From: a virus
Lineage: Duplodnaviria > Heunggongvirae > Uroviricota > Caudoviricetes
Direction: 5' to 3' (one strand)
IMG/VR virus record: IMGVR_UViG_2974481312_000001
Coordinates: 1 to 41,868 of that record
Length of the DNA stretch: 41,868 bases
Below are positions 16,425 through 25,580 of the stretch, in pieces. Within the stretch, counting starts at the first letter, position 1. Each line of letters starts with the position of its first letter. The position numbers and the translations under genes are program-made. The notes below the pieces were generated by a model that was not told where the DNA came from, made no database searches, and saw only the letters and a program-made list of their open reading frames with translations.

Positions 16425-18758
16425 TCAATATCCTGGTTGGCCGCGCGTAGCGCGACGTGCCTTAGAAATTGCGCTGTTACTATCCTGTAGCGCAGAACTT
16501 ACGGTTTCACTGATTATAATACGTAATCGCCCTTCGTCGTCACGTTCTGTTGTCGCTGAATCAATTTTTCCGGTGGTGTTGTTCACAATGGTAACATTAT
16601 CTCCTCCGGATTTAGCGCCGCTCTCCCCCATAATCTGTCGCATCTGTTCCGCTGTGCGTACACGAGAGGCACTCGCGGGCATGATTACTTCCGGTTTACC
16701 GCGTTCAGCAATAGTGGACATTTGACCGGCGGCCAGGCTACCTCCCTGTTCACGCGCTGACCGTATTTTACCGATGTTAGCCAGACCAGCGGCGACAGCG
16801 GCAGCGGCAGCTACAGGAGCAAGGAACGGTCCCACGACAGGGATCGCGGCGGTAGACTTATACGCTTCAATAGCCGAGGTATAGGTAGCGATTGTTGCCT
16901 GCGCGATAGCAAAGGCTTTATATGCCGTTGATGCTTCCCCTAGCGCGGCCCCGATGTTACTAGCCATATTACCGAATGCGGCGCCTGTTGCCTTCGCTCG
17001 GTCTAATGCGTAAGTATCATTCATTGCGTTTAGGGTCTGCTGGTATGTTTCTTCCGCGATTAAACCCTGCGCATGAAAATCGTTAAGTTTTTGTAGCTTG
17101 ACCTCGTACTGCCGGTCTAATTCCGCAAATTCTCCTTCAGCAAGGGCCTGCATCTGAGCGACATACGCATCTGCGGAGAATTGCTTTTCCAGGCGCTCTT
17201 TCTCGCGTTTATCTAACTCAGCCTGGCGGGCCGTATCCGCCTCGAGCATAATCTGCGTCTTAGCGGTTTCGTATTGCTGGTCACTAAGGAGACGGTTGCT
17301 GTAGAACTCCTGTAGCTTAGTAAGTTGCTCTTCTTGGTTAGCTTGTATCTTCTGGAATACGTCGTCGTTAAGGTGGATTGACTGATAATAGAAATCCTCA
17401 GCGGCTTTCTTCTGACGTTCGAATGCGTCGACGGATTTCTTAGCAGCATTGTCCGCGGAATCGCCTACAGAACCGTTGTCTTTACCCGACACTTTAAACT
17501 TACCAAGACCCTCGGCCTTGGCCGCTTCTTTATCGATGTCGTAAGCCGCGCGCTTCAATGCGATAAGGTCTTCCTGAGCTTCTACCTGTTCACGGAAACT
17601 TTTACGTGTCAGGTCAGTCACAGCTCTTTGGGTATCCATAGCAAGCGCTAACTGGAAGTTAAGGTTCTTGGCCTCAGCTACCGACTCTCCCGGCGCCAAT
17701 GCGGCCTTTACAAGACGTCCTGCATCCTGAGCGCCTTTAACCATATCTTCAAAAAACCGCTCCATTGCCGTAAATTCCTGTGCAATGAAGTCCAGCGCAT
17801 CAGCCGCTGATTCGGCTATTGTTGACGCGGTCTCCTCACCACTTCCGGTAATGCTTTCACTAGTGTAAGTCCAGGCGGAGTTCAAAGCGTTTAACGCGTC
17901 TGCAACCGTCCCAAACGCCGCGTCGAATGAAGCCTCTATCGCACCCCCAACATCGGATGCCATGTCACCCCACATCTGCATCTCGGCTACGAACTCACCG
18001 GATGCGACCTGAGCGTTTATCTCCTGTATCAGGTCGTCAATATAACGTAAAGGTTCCGCCAGCGATCCTACATCCAGACCAGTAGCGAGAGTCATCTCTA
18101 ACTGGGACCATGAGTCCTCCGCACTAGCGATAGCCCCGTTCAGGGTATTAGCCTGGTCAGCCATCGCCCCGGCGAAGTTAACGTTGCCTATGTTGAGGAG
18201 ATATCGCTCAATATCGGCAGCGTTTTTCTTAACTACAGTAGTCGTCCCCTGGAAGGTAAATTCGATATCACTTTGGTTCTGCTTGGCTTTAATGCCGAAT
18301 TCTTTCAGACGTTCGAATTCAAAGGTGCTCGCATCCGCGACGGCCTCAATCATCTGGTTAAGGTCTTTACCCATAGCGGATGCAGTATTGCCGTAAGAGC
18401 GGAGCGCTTCTTCTGATGGAGTGAGGCCTAGAGCTACCAGTTTACGGAACCCTTCCACTGCTTGTTCAAGGCCGTAAGGTGTGTCACGGGCGAAGTCCTG
18501 TAAAATACTCAGGGCCTGTTTTGCGCCTTGAGTACTGCCTGTGAGCGTTTTCAGGCTAGCCGACATCTTATCCAGTTGCCGTTGCGACTCGACTAGTTCC
18601 TGCGCCGCCTTATAGGCCATAGCGGCTACAACGGCAGCCAGTCCGGTGACCGCGGCCCCCGCAACTTTTGCAGATTTAGAGAGGTTATCAAGACGGTCTG
18701 ATGTGGCCTTCGCGCCTTGTTCGGTTACCTTTACTACTAAGCTAGCTACATCAGCCAT
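16425..18758 (-). CDS. Tail tape measure protein
   Basis: About 780 aa, Ala/Gln/Glu-rich coiled-coil composition, located after the G/GT chaperone; track start is TTG at 18773, nearest ATG at 18758. Confidence 0.8.
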   Translation of the reverse strand: MADVASLVVKVTEQGAKATSDRLDNLSKSAKVAGAAVTGLAAVVAAMAYKAAQELVESQRQLDKMSASLKTLTGSTQGAKQALSILQDFARDTPYGLEQAVEGFRKLVALGLTPSEEALRSYGNTASAMGKDLNQMIEAVADASTFEFERLKEFGIKAKQNQSDIEFTFQGTTTVVKKNAADIERYLLNIGNVNFAGAMADQANTLNGAIASAEDSWSQLEMTLATGLDVGSLAEPLRYIDDLIQEINAQVASGEFVAEMQMWGDMASDVGGAIEASFDAAFGTVADALNALNSAWTYTSESITGSGEETASTIAESAADALDFIAQEFTAMERFFEDMVKGAQDAGRLVKAALAPGESVAEAKNLNFQLALAMDTQRAVTDLTRKSFREQVEAQEDLIALKRAAYDIDKEAAKAEGLGKFKVSGKDNGSVGDSADNAAKKSVDAFERQKKAAEDFYYQSIHLNDDVFQKIQANQEEQLTKLQEFYSNRLLSDQQYETAKTQIMLEADTARQAELDKREKERLEKQFSADAYVAQMQALAEGEFAELDRQYEVKLQKLNDFHAQGLIAEETYQQTLNAMNDTYALDRAKATGAAFGNMASNIGAALGEASTAYKAFAIAQATIATYTSAIEAYKSTAAIPVVGPFLAPVAAAAAVAAGLANIGKIRSAREQGGSLAAGQMSTIAERGKPEVIMPASASRVRTAEQMRQIMGESGAKSGGDNVTIVNNTTGKIDSATTERDDEGRLRIIISETVSSALQDSNSAISKARRATRGQPGY

Positions 18759-19110
18759 CGTTTCTACCCTCAAAAATGGCGTCTAAGCCCATGATAATTT
18801 CAGATTCAAACATCCCTATATTCTGACCTGAAATAGTGCTATACGCCACTAAATCTGACCAACTAAGTTGCTCTCTTGGGTATAGCTTTACGCCGTCGTC
18901 ATCAACGCGGCGGGTGAATTTAACATCACGATACTTCTCAAAAGTGGTGAGTAGTTCAGGGGGGCATTCAGGCCCGGCGTCCTGCGTTGTTTCTCCCGCG
19001 TCTTTTATTACCCCCATAGCGATAAGCGCGGCTTTGTGCCCATCGGCGATACTGTCAAACTTGCGCCTTTCGTGGCGGGTTATGAAGTTCCAACGGGCAA
19101 ACTGAAACAA
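18751..19110 (-). CDS. Tail assembly chaperone frameshift extension (gpT-like)
   Basis: ORF in the -1 frame relative to 19116..19532, open across the upstream stop; no convincing independent ATG (track start is TTG). Confidence 0.45.
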   Translation of the reverse strand: MFQFARWNFITRHERRKFDSIADGHKAALIAMGVIKDAGETTQDAGPECPPELLTTFEKYRDVKFTRRVDDDGVKLYPREQLSWSDLVAYSTISGQNIGMFESEIIMGLDAIFEGRNDG

Positions 19111-19115
19111 CGCGT

Positions 19116-19532
19116 CTACTTTTCCTGCAATTGACGCAACTGTTCGTGGTGGAATACGACTACATGTTCCGCCAGGCGCTTATATTGGGTGAGAAGAGTC
19201 TTAAGATTTTCCTTAGTGAACTCATCATCGAGACTCCAGCCATTCACCAATTCGAGAGCCAATTGTCGGTTTAGGTCTCCTGCCGCGTCTTCCATTTTTA
19301 AATTGTATTCTGAGAAGTCTTTTTGCTCTTCGCATTTATCCCGAAGCGGCTTTAATTTACCTACCGCCGCTCGGTACGCCAGGGTGAAGGCACGCATAGC
19401 TTTAACCGCGACATCGGCCTCCGGGGAGACAACGTTCAACCATTCTCCTGAATCTGTACCATCTTTTAAAGGGATCGGCATGCGCGCGCCTTTCTCGGCT
19501 TCGGCTTCGTAGTAAAAATCGCTAAGTTTCAT
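19116..19532 (-). CDS. Tail assembly chaperone (gpG-like)
   Basis: 138 aa acidic protein directly upstream of the tape measure gene; ends ..CAG GAA AAG TAG. Confidence 0.6.
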   Translation of the reverse strand: MKLSDFYYEAEAEKGARMPIPLKDGTDSGEWLNVVSPEADVAVKAMRAFTLAYRAAVGKLKPLRDKCEEQKDFSEYNLKMEDAAGDLNRQLALELVNGWSLDDEFTKENLKTLLTQYKRLAEHVVVFHHEQLRQLQEK

Positions 19533-19638
19533 AGTAATGCCCTTTGGTTAGTCGGTTACTGGTTGGTAGTTGCACCAGGCGGGAACCACCCGCTTTTCCG
19601 GTGCGACCGTAGACGCCAAATAAGAATAACAAAATAGC

Positions 19639-19667
19639 TTGCATAACCGTTAATAGTGTCCTATTAT
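19639..19667 (+). promoter_or_regulatory. Sigma70-like promoter TTGCAT-17-TATTAT with TAATAG-TGTC-CTATTAT element
   Basis: Upstream of the plus-strand island inside the minus-strand tail operon. Confidence 0.5.
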
Positions 19668-19701
19668 CTCTACGTCAACTAAACAATATGAGGTTAAGAA
19701 C

Positions 19702-19881
19702 ATGAGCGTTTTTATCGGTATTATCGCGTTTATCTATTTCATTCCGTTCCTGGTAGCCTTGCTACGTAATCATAAAGCGAAATTAGGAATATTCGTATGC
19801 AATCTTTTACTGGGGTGGATTCTTCTGCCGTGGGTTGGGGCTCTCATCTGGGCCTGTAACTCTAATGTTAATGGTAAATAA
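19702..19881 (+). CDS. Small membrane protein resembling superinfection-immunity (Imm-like) proteins
   Basis: 59 aa, GAGG RBS 8 nt upstream; IYFIPFLVALLRNHKAKLGIFVCNLLLGWILLPWVGALIWAC; below the track cut-off. Confidence 0.55.
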   Translation: MSVFIGIIAFIYFIPFLVALLRNHKAKLGIFVCNLLLGWILLPWVGALIWACNSNVNGK

Positions 19882-19932
19882 TCTGGCTTAATCAAAATTA
19901 CATTATTAGAATCAGGTTTGTCTTAAGCAATC

Positions 19933-19942
19933 GGGGGGGGGG
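19933..19942 (+). repeat. G10 homopolymer tract in the RBS region of the 19950 gene
   Basis: Ten consecutive G, ending 7 nt before ATG 19950. Confidence 0.9.
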
Positions 19943-19949
19943 AATAAGC

Positions 19950-21080
19950 ATGGTAACTCGTAAAATAACAGATGAACAGTTGCAGCAAGAGCTAAACGCT
20001 GGTCTCGGGCCGACCGAAATCGCAAAGAAGTACAACATGTCACGCCGTAATGTTCAGCTAAGGTCAGCTCGTCTGGCCAAGAAAGGTGTTGGTCACGGTC
20101 GCGACGTAAGCCATCTGGTGCCGGATGGGTATAAAATAAAGGGTACGTCGTCACTGGTGGATGAGTTCGGCAATACGAAACTTCAGTGGGTTAAGACTGA
20201 CGCCGACGCCGAGCGTCAGGTCGAGTTGATGCGAGCCGTAATAGATGGGATGAAGTCCGATATTACGCCAGTTTCTTCGGTCCCTCGGCCTAAAAAGCGA
20301 CTAAACGAAAAGTTGCTAAATCTTTACACGATTTCTGACTTCCATTTAGGTATGTTGGCCTGGGCGGATGAGAGTGGCGACGACTGGGATATGAAGATTG
20401 CAGAAGACCTGTTCTCGAGATGGTTCGACGCGGCGTTTCAGAAGGCGCCTGATGCCGGTGTGGGTGTTATTAACCTATTAGGGGACTTTGCGCATTTTGA
20501 CAGCCTTGATGCCGTTACGCCTGCCAGTGGCCATGTACTGGACGCGGACACGCGTTACCAGAAACTGGTGCGCTACATGATTCGTATGGTCAGGCGCGTG
20601 GTTAATATGGCGCTTGTTAAGCATAAAAATGTTCATCTCCTAATTGTGCAAGGAAACCATGACGAGTCAGGCATGATTTGGTTGGCTGAAATGTTTAACA
20701 CTCTTTACGATAATGAACCTCGTGTTTTTGTAGATACATCAGCTGATGTCTACAAGATGGTCCAACACGGTAAGACGACCCTTTTCTTTCACCATGGGCA
20801 TAAGGCGAGATTCGATGCTATCGAACCAGTTATGATCGCCAAGTTCCGTAAGGCGTTCGGAGAGAGCGTTTACAGTTACGCCCATGTGGGCCACCTTCAC
20901 CATCAGAAGATTGTGGAAAGCCGTAACATGATTGTTGAACAACACCGCACTCTCGCGGCGAAAGATGCTTACGCATCACGTGGTGGATGGATGTCAGGCC
21001 GCAGCGCGAATGTTATTACTTACAGTGCCGAATACGGCGAAGTCGCGCGTTTAACTATTTCACCGGAGATGCTGGGATGA
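19950..21080 (+). CDS. Calcineurin-like metallophosphoesterase with N-terminal HTH domain
   Basis: Motifs ISDFHLG, LGDFAHFD, QGNHDE, FFHHGH, VGHLHH; N-terminal HTH-like segment LGPTEIAKKYNMSRRNVQLRSARL. Confidence 0.8.
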   Translation: MVTRKITDEQLQQELNAGLGPTEIAKKYNMSRRNVQLRSARLAKKGVGHGRDVSHLVPDGYKIKGTSSLVDEFGNTKLQWVKTDADAERQVELMRAVIDGMKSDITPVSSVPRPKKRLNEKLLNLYTISDFHLGMLAWADESGDDWDMKIAEDLFSRWFDAAFQKAPDAGVGVINLLGDFAHFDSLDAVTPASGHVLDADTRYQKLVRYMIRMVRRVVNMALVKHKNVHLLIVQGNHDESGMIWLAEMFNTLYDNEPRVFVDTSADVYKMVQHGKTTLFFHHGHKARFDAIEPVMIAKFRKAFGESVYSYAHVGHLHHQKIVESRNMIVEQHRTLAAKDAYASRGGWMSGRSANVITYSAEYGEVARLTISPEMLG

Positions 21081-21307
21081 CTAACAAATACAATCGCACA
21101 ATGACAAATACTGACGGAGATAGCATTACCTGTGATGTGTACGACGTTCTGAGGGCATTTGATATCCGCGACCCGGCACTACAGCATGCGTTGAAGAAAC
21201 TGTTGTGTATGGGCCTGCGGGGGCACAAGGACACAGGAACCGACTTAGCAGAAGCAATTGAAAGTCTGGAGAAGTTACGGAAATACCGTAGTAATATTGA
21301 TGAGTGA
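21077..21307 (+). CDS. Hypothetical protein (76 aa)
   Basis: ATG overlapping the stop of the previous gene (ATGA); followed by a strong terminator. Confidence 0.5.
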   Translation: MTNKYNRTMTNTDGDSITCDVYDVLRAFDIRDPALQHALKKLLCMGLRGHKDTGTDLAEAIESLEKLRKYRSNIDE

Positions 21308-21310
21308 GAA

Positions 21311-21339
21311 AAAGGCCCCTTTCGGGGCCTTTTTTTTTA
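21311..21339 (+). terminator. Rho-independent terminator
   Basis: Hairpin AGGCCCC-TTTC-GGGGCCT followed by T9. Confidence 0.85.
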
Positions 21340-21420
21340 TCGTCACGATAAAGAATCTGATTTGAGCGATAAGAATGTTCGAAGTTAAATATATCTACGC
21401 CAACAAGAGGAGATGAAACC

Positions 21421-22092
21421 ATGAACGAATTAATGAATGTTAGTGAAGCACAAACAATGTCCAGCCGTGAGATTGCGGAACTGACGGGGAAAGAACACGA
21501 CAACGTACGACGCGATATATTAAAAATGGCACAGGAACTTTCCCTCAATTTTGAGGAAAAGGTTTTGCCTTCAAACGGTGGCAGACCAAGTAAGGTATTT
21601 CTCTTAGACAAAGAAAATACATTAATCCTGGTTTCAGGGTACAGCATCAAAATGCGCGCTGCCATCATCCGCCGTTGGCAGGAACTGGAGTCACAAGCGA
21701 GCAAACCATCCTTACCGGTGCCCAAGACAATGGGGGAGGCTTTAAGGTTGGCTGCGGACTTGTGGGAGGAGAAAGAACGCCTTGCGCTTGAGAACAAGGA
21801 AATGGCGCCAAAAGCTGATGTCTACGACCGCATCATCGACAGAAATAACTTGTACAACGCGACGCAGGTTGCCCAGAAGTTCGGCCAATCTGCCGTGTGG
21901 ATGAATAAACAACTTGAACAATTTGGCGTATACAATCGCTCCGTAAAACGCGGTCGTGTCTTCCAGCAATGGTTCATCGATAAGGGTTACGGCATTATGC
22001 GTGAAACAGAAACCGGGCATTCACAGGCCATGTTCTTTGCAGAAGGTGAGATGTGGATTATTGGTAAGTTAACAGAAGAAGGTTTGATTTAA
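21421..22092 (+). CDS. Phage antirepressor (Rha-like N-terminal domain plus KilA-C/ANT C-terminal domain)
   Basis: N-terminal MSSREIAELTGKEHDNVRRDI; C-terminal DVYDRIIDRNNLYNATQVAQKFG..VYNR; AAGAGGAG RBS. Confidence 0.75.
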   Translation: MNELMNVSEAQTMSSREIAELTGKEHDNVRRDILKMAQELSLNFEEKVLPSNGGRPSKVFLLDKENTLILVSGYSIKMRAAIIRRWQELESQASKPSLPVPKTMGEALRLAADLWEEKERLALENKEMAPKADVYDRIIDRNNLYNATQVAQKFGQSAVWMNKQLEQFGVYNRSVKRGRVFQQWFIDKGYGIMRETETGHSQAMFFAEGEMWIIGKLTEEGLI

Positions 22093-22096
22093 AACT

Positions 22097-22120
22097 AAGG
22101 CCCCTTTCGGGGCCTTTTTC
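22097..22120 (+). terminator. Rho-independent terminator, probably bidirectional
   Basis: Hairpin AAGGCCCC-TTTC-GGGGCCTT followed by T5; abuts the stop of the minus-strand gene 22121..23290. Confidence 0.75.
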
Positions 22121-23290
22121 TTAGGCGTACTTAATGCGCTGTATAACAATTGAAGACTGGAACTGGTTGCCGGTTGCCTGCCCCTCAAGAGAAAGGGTAA
22201 TAGACTCAGGGCCGCCGATTTCCGGAGTTGCGGACGTCAGTGAAGCACGTTTTAGTGTAAAGCTCATTGCACCATCCGGGCCATCAAGAACCGAAGATAC
22301 CTCCATTTCTGTTTCATCCAGGAATTTATTTAACAGCGTCATGTCGTACAGCTTACCCGCCAGCGAGAAGGTGTTAGCCGCGCGGCCACGTTCGACAAAT
22401 GCCACGCTGTTATTTCCCAACTCGAACTGTGCAGATGCCCCGTTGTCGTTAGTAATGGTGAACGTGTCAATAAGTTTAAGCGGCGCGGCTCCGTCATAAG
22501 CAGATACATCAACCGATGCAAACGGACGGGCTCTAAAATTGGTCGTGAAATCTGAACCGCTCGGCGGTGCTTGTAAGATTTCCTGATTCAAGCCGATGAA
22601 CGGGAAAGAACCGGTGACCATTGCGTTAACGGCTTGTTCGATGGTGAACCCGGTAAATTCAACACCACGAGTTATGATGTACGAATCAGGATTTCCGCAT
22701 TTACCTTTCAACCATGTCAGGATTGAATAGGTTTTACACAAGTTACCGGTTTCAAGTTTATCTGCGATACGCAAATCGGCTTGGGCGTCTGCCTGGGCGG
22801 TTAGGGTGTGCTGGATGCCCGCTCCGGTTATAGCTGTAGCTGTGACAGCCGTGACTATGAACGCTTTGTCGTTATTTCCGGATAAACCGTCGAACTGGAC
22901 AAGGTCGCCAACTTCAACACCGTCTGTTTCAAAACTACCGTTTGTGCGTGTGAAAGTTTTCGCCACCGGGTCTACGGTAACGCTGATTCCCGATTTAGTG
23001 GAACCCGCTACCCAGGAACTGGTCATTGCACCGGCTAACAGCTCGTCCTGGCTTGTCGCGCTTAGTTCGATAGCGTATTCACCAGTTACCTGGCGGTTAC
23101 CGGTGCGGATAGATGATGTTTCGCGGCTGCCGTCCAGCTCGTTAGAGATGAGGGCGTCGCGGGTTACGGCGGGAATACCCCCAGTGTTGCGCAGTGGTTG
23201 CCATACCGGGTTAGCGGGTGTTACCCCCGGCGTCGTCTCAAGAACGTAAAACTGCGCGGTCATCGCGCCCTTATATGGTTGTAACGCCAT
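22121..23290 (-). CDS. Major tail protein (putative)
   Basis: 389 aa ORF after the connector genes and upstream of the tail chaperone; assigned by position only. Confidence 0.45.
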   Translation of the reverse strand: MALQPYKGAMTAQFYVLETTPGVTPANPVWQPLRNTGGIPAVTRDALISNELDGSRETSSIRTGNRQVTGEYAIELSATSQDELLAGAMTSSWVAGSTKSGISVTVDPVAKTFTRTNGSFETDGVEVGDLVQFDGLSGNNDKAFIVTAVTATAITGAGIQHTLTAQADAQADLRIADKLETGNLCKTYSILTWLKGKCGNPDSYIITRGVEFTGFTIEQAVNAMVTGSFPFIGLNQEILQAPPSGSDFTTNFRARPFASVDVSAYDGAAPLKLIDTFTITNDNGASAQFELGNNSVAFVERGRAANTFSLAGKLYDMTLLNKFLDETEMEVSSVLDGPDGAMSFTLKRASLTSATPEIGGPESITLSLEGQATGNQFQSSIVIQRIKYA

Positions 23291-23709
23291 TATCTAATCC
23301 TCGCTGTAAATGCTATGAAATTAATTGAGAGAGGCCTCTTCGCCCATCCATTCTCAACAATAAGAGGACCGAGGCTTACTGATTGTACCTCAGCACAGAT
23401 TTCGTTACGACTAAAACAGTTACCGGCGGCGAAGGCGGCGTTTAGCTTATCAGCTAATCGGTTAATAGGAGCGCTACCCAAGGCCGACCCGACGTTAATG
23501 TCTACCTGATAAACACCCGCCCGTTGTTCAGTCCAGAACAAGTCAGCTTGTTCGGTATCTGACAACAGCATATAACTCGCAAGATATGGGGTATCTGTAG
23601 ACGTAGGTGCGTCTATGTTCTCTAACGCAACCATGATGTCGTTGTCGGTGCCAAATGCCGCCAGTGCCGTGTCGAATGCTTTCGTTAAGTCCTCAAAATA
23701 TGTTGCCAT
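23290..23709 (-). CDS. Head-tail joining / tail terminator-like protein
   Basis: 139 aa ORF in the connector cluster. Confidence 0.4.
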   Translation of the reverse strand: MATYFEDLTKAFDTALAAFGTDNDIMVALENIDAPTSTDTPYLASYMLLSDTEQADLFWTEQRAGVYQVDINVGSALGSAPINRLADKLNAAFAAGNCFSRNEICAEVQSVSLGPLIVENGWAKRPLSINFIAFTARIR

Positions 23710-24104
23710 TATTTCACCTTAGAGGCTTCTTCATTTAATAATTGCTGGAAACGCGATACATTAGTCCGGACCATGCCTTGTGGCGCTTGCTGCGACCAAC
23801 CATACTCCAGGCGCTGCGCATACGGTAAATTGTTAGTCAGGGTGAATGCTTTCCAGTCAGCGGAATTTAGCACAAAACTAGTAGCTTTTTTTGTTGCTGT
23901 TGTTCCTGATTTATCGGTAGCGTCCGTAGTTCCGTCGGCGGGAGTACCGTTGGACGCCATCCAGTTCATACGAAAGCGACCTGTATCTACAGGACTCGCT
24001 TTGATAATCGCAGAAAACAACTTGATAGATACCTGACGAATTACCTTCTCAGGATTCTTCTTAGCCTTTTCCACGAACCTGGACACATCAAGCGCAAAAC
24101 TCAT
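23709..24104 (-). CDS. HK97 gp10-like tail completion protein (putative)
   Basis: 131 aa; segment KASPVDTGRFRMNW resembles the gp10-family signature. Confidence 0.45.
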   Translation of the reverse strand: MSFALDVSRFVEKAKKNPEKVIRQVSIKLFSAIIKASPVDTGRFRMNWMASNGTPADGTTDATDKSGTTATKKATSFVLNSADWKAFTLTNNLPYAQRLEYGWSQQAPQGMVRTNVSRFQQLLNEEASKVK

Positions 24105-24460
24105 TTTCTCACCTGAATAAAGTATGCCACAACATCATCGTTAACCATCTTCTTCTCAATAGCAACTACAGACCATTGTTCACCGCTAAACTGCACCTTG
24201 TCATCCATCTTCGGAACTACGCTGTAATCTGCTTTAACCATCATGTCACCCGCCTGTATAGTAGTTCCGTTTACCAGTCCAGCGTTAACAGGTACAGGAA
24301 CCGCTTTAAGGGGAAGTACAACGTCGGGCCCCCACACGTACTCCCCTAAAACAGGGTCCCATGTTTTCTGGCCTTTGCGCACCAAATTCACTGTGCTACC
24401 GTATTTCGATAGTAGACGAGTACCTACTCCTTGCATCCGTTTACTAAAAGAGGCGCCCAT
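24101..24460 (-). CDS. Head closure / head-tail adaptor protein (putative)
   Basis: About 120 aa; start moved to ATG 24460 with GGAGGG RBS, giving a TAATG stop/start overlap. Confidence 0.45.
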   Translation of the reverse strand: MGASFSKRMQGVGTRLLSKYGSTVNLVRKGQKTWDPVLGEYVWGPDVVLPLKAVPVPVNAGLVNGTTIQAGDMMVKADYSVVPKMDDKVQFSGEQWSVVAIEKKMVNDDVVAYFIQVRK

Positions 24461-25065
24461 TACACGCCCTCCAGTCTTGAGATGACTAGCAATGCGGATG
24501 GAGCTACTCCCCAAGAAGTAACCGTTGCCGCTTGCGGGTACAGTCCTCCGAAGTTAGAACCGGCGGCGTCGCGCATAATCTCTACCGTAAAAGTCTGCCC
24601 GGCTGCGGCGTTCACAACCACACGAGATTCAATGGGGATTGTGGATTCCGCACTCGCCAGTTTAGTCGCTGCTGGTAATCCGAATTGCGCACCACCGAGA
24701 AGAACACGCGACAGAAGGATGGATGTTCCGCTCGCCCCGGTGCGACCGGCCTGTAACTTAACACGGATAGCGTAGTTGCCCGCGGCGTTGAACGTAACTA
24801 CACCCGACGCGTTAATCATTACCGGGTCTGCGCTTGTTTTCTGTGCTCCGCCAAAAGCTACTGTTAACGCTGTACCAGTGGTAGATGGTGCCTGGATATC
24901 TGTAGACGACGCGCGAAGTACCTCTACTTCTTTAGCTCCGTACAACATAGAGTCCGCCATCTGAGTGGTAACTTCTCGCAACTTTTCAGGCGTAATTAGG
25001 CCGGACTGGTTATCAGGGAAGCTTGCCCCAATCAAAGCGAATATTTCCGATTTAGTCTTAGCCAT
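24460..25065 (-). CDS. Hypothetical structural protein
   Basis: 201 aa ORF in the head-tail region. Confidence 0.4.
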   Translation of the reverse strand: MAKTKSEIFALIGASFPDNQSGLITPEKLREVTTQMADSMLYGAKEVEVLRASSTDIQAPSTTGTALTVAFGGAQKTSADPVMINASGVVTFNAAGNYAIRVKLQAGRTGASGTSILLSRVLLGGAQFGLPAATKLASAESTIPIESRVVVNAAAGQTFTVEIMRDAAGSNFGGLYPQAATVTSWGVAPSALLVISRLEGV

Positions 25066-25067
25066 GT

Positions 25068-25577
25068 TTAGCCCCTAAAAACATTAAAGGAGTAAGCATT
25101 ATTACTTCCACATAAGAGAGGGCGTAGCGCATCATCGGCTGCCGTGATGCTTACTGTGCCGCCCGAGTAGCCGTTCTTAAAGTAGGACACGGTTACTGCA
25201 CCCTCTACTCGCTCCGTCTGCACCTCACGCCCGTCTGTAGACCCCCGAACGTCCGTGCCTGCGCCGTACTCAACCGCGGCCATTACCTGAGCCTGAATAA
25301 CTAACGGAGGGATGACGTTAGATGGCTGGGGGAACCCGTGCAGGGTAACACCCGTTCTGGGGAACGCTAGCGCCTGGTTTGCAGATACACGACGTCCGCA
25401 CATCTGAGACTCAAAAAGGCCGACGTACACCGCACCATTACGAAGAGCGGCCTCCGCCGCGGTGTCATCTTCCGGTAGTTCGAGACCATACTTAGCGGCC
25501 AGTGCGCGCCCGTCTTCCAGGCTGACGTAAGAGTCGGCATTTGGGAGGCCTTGCCCTGTTTCCACGATAAGCGGCAT
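25068..25577 (-). CDS. Hypothetical structural protein (putative connector)
   Basis: 169 aa ORF. Confidence 0.4.
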   Translation of the reverse strand: MPLIVETGQGLPNADSYVSLEDGRALAAKYGLELPEDDTAAEAALRNGAVYVGLFESQMCGRRVSANQALAFPRTGVTLHGFPQPSNVIPPLVIQAQVMAAVEYGAGTDVRGSTDGREVQTERVEGAVTVSYFKNGYSGGTVSITAADDALRPLLCGSNNAYSFNVFRG

Positions 25578-25580
25578 AAA

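Noticed and set aside
10761-18396. Many opposite-strand ORFs inside the tail genes (for example 11417..11872, 13875..14330, 17213..17449, 18184..18396)
   Set aside because: They are embedded antisense in long, well-supported structural genes, lack RBSs and have low-complexity translations; typical six-frame noise.
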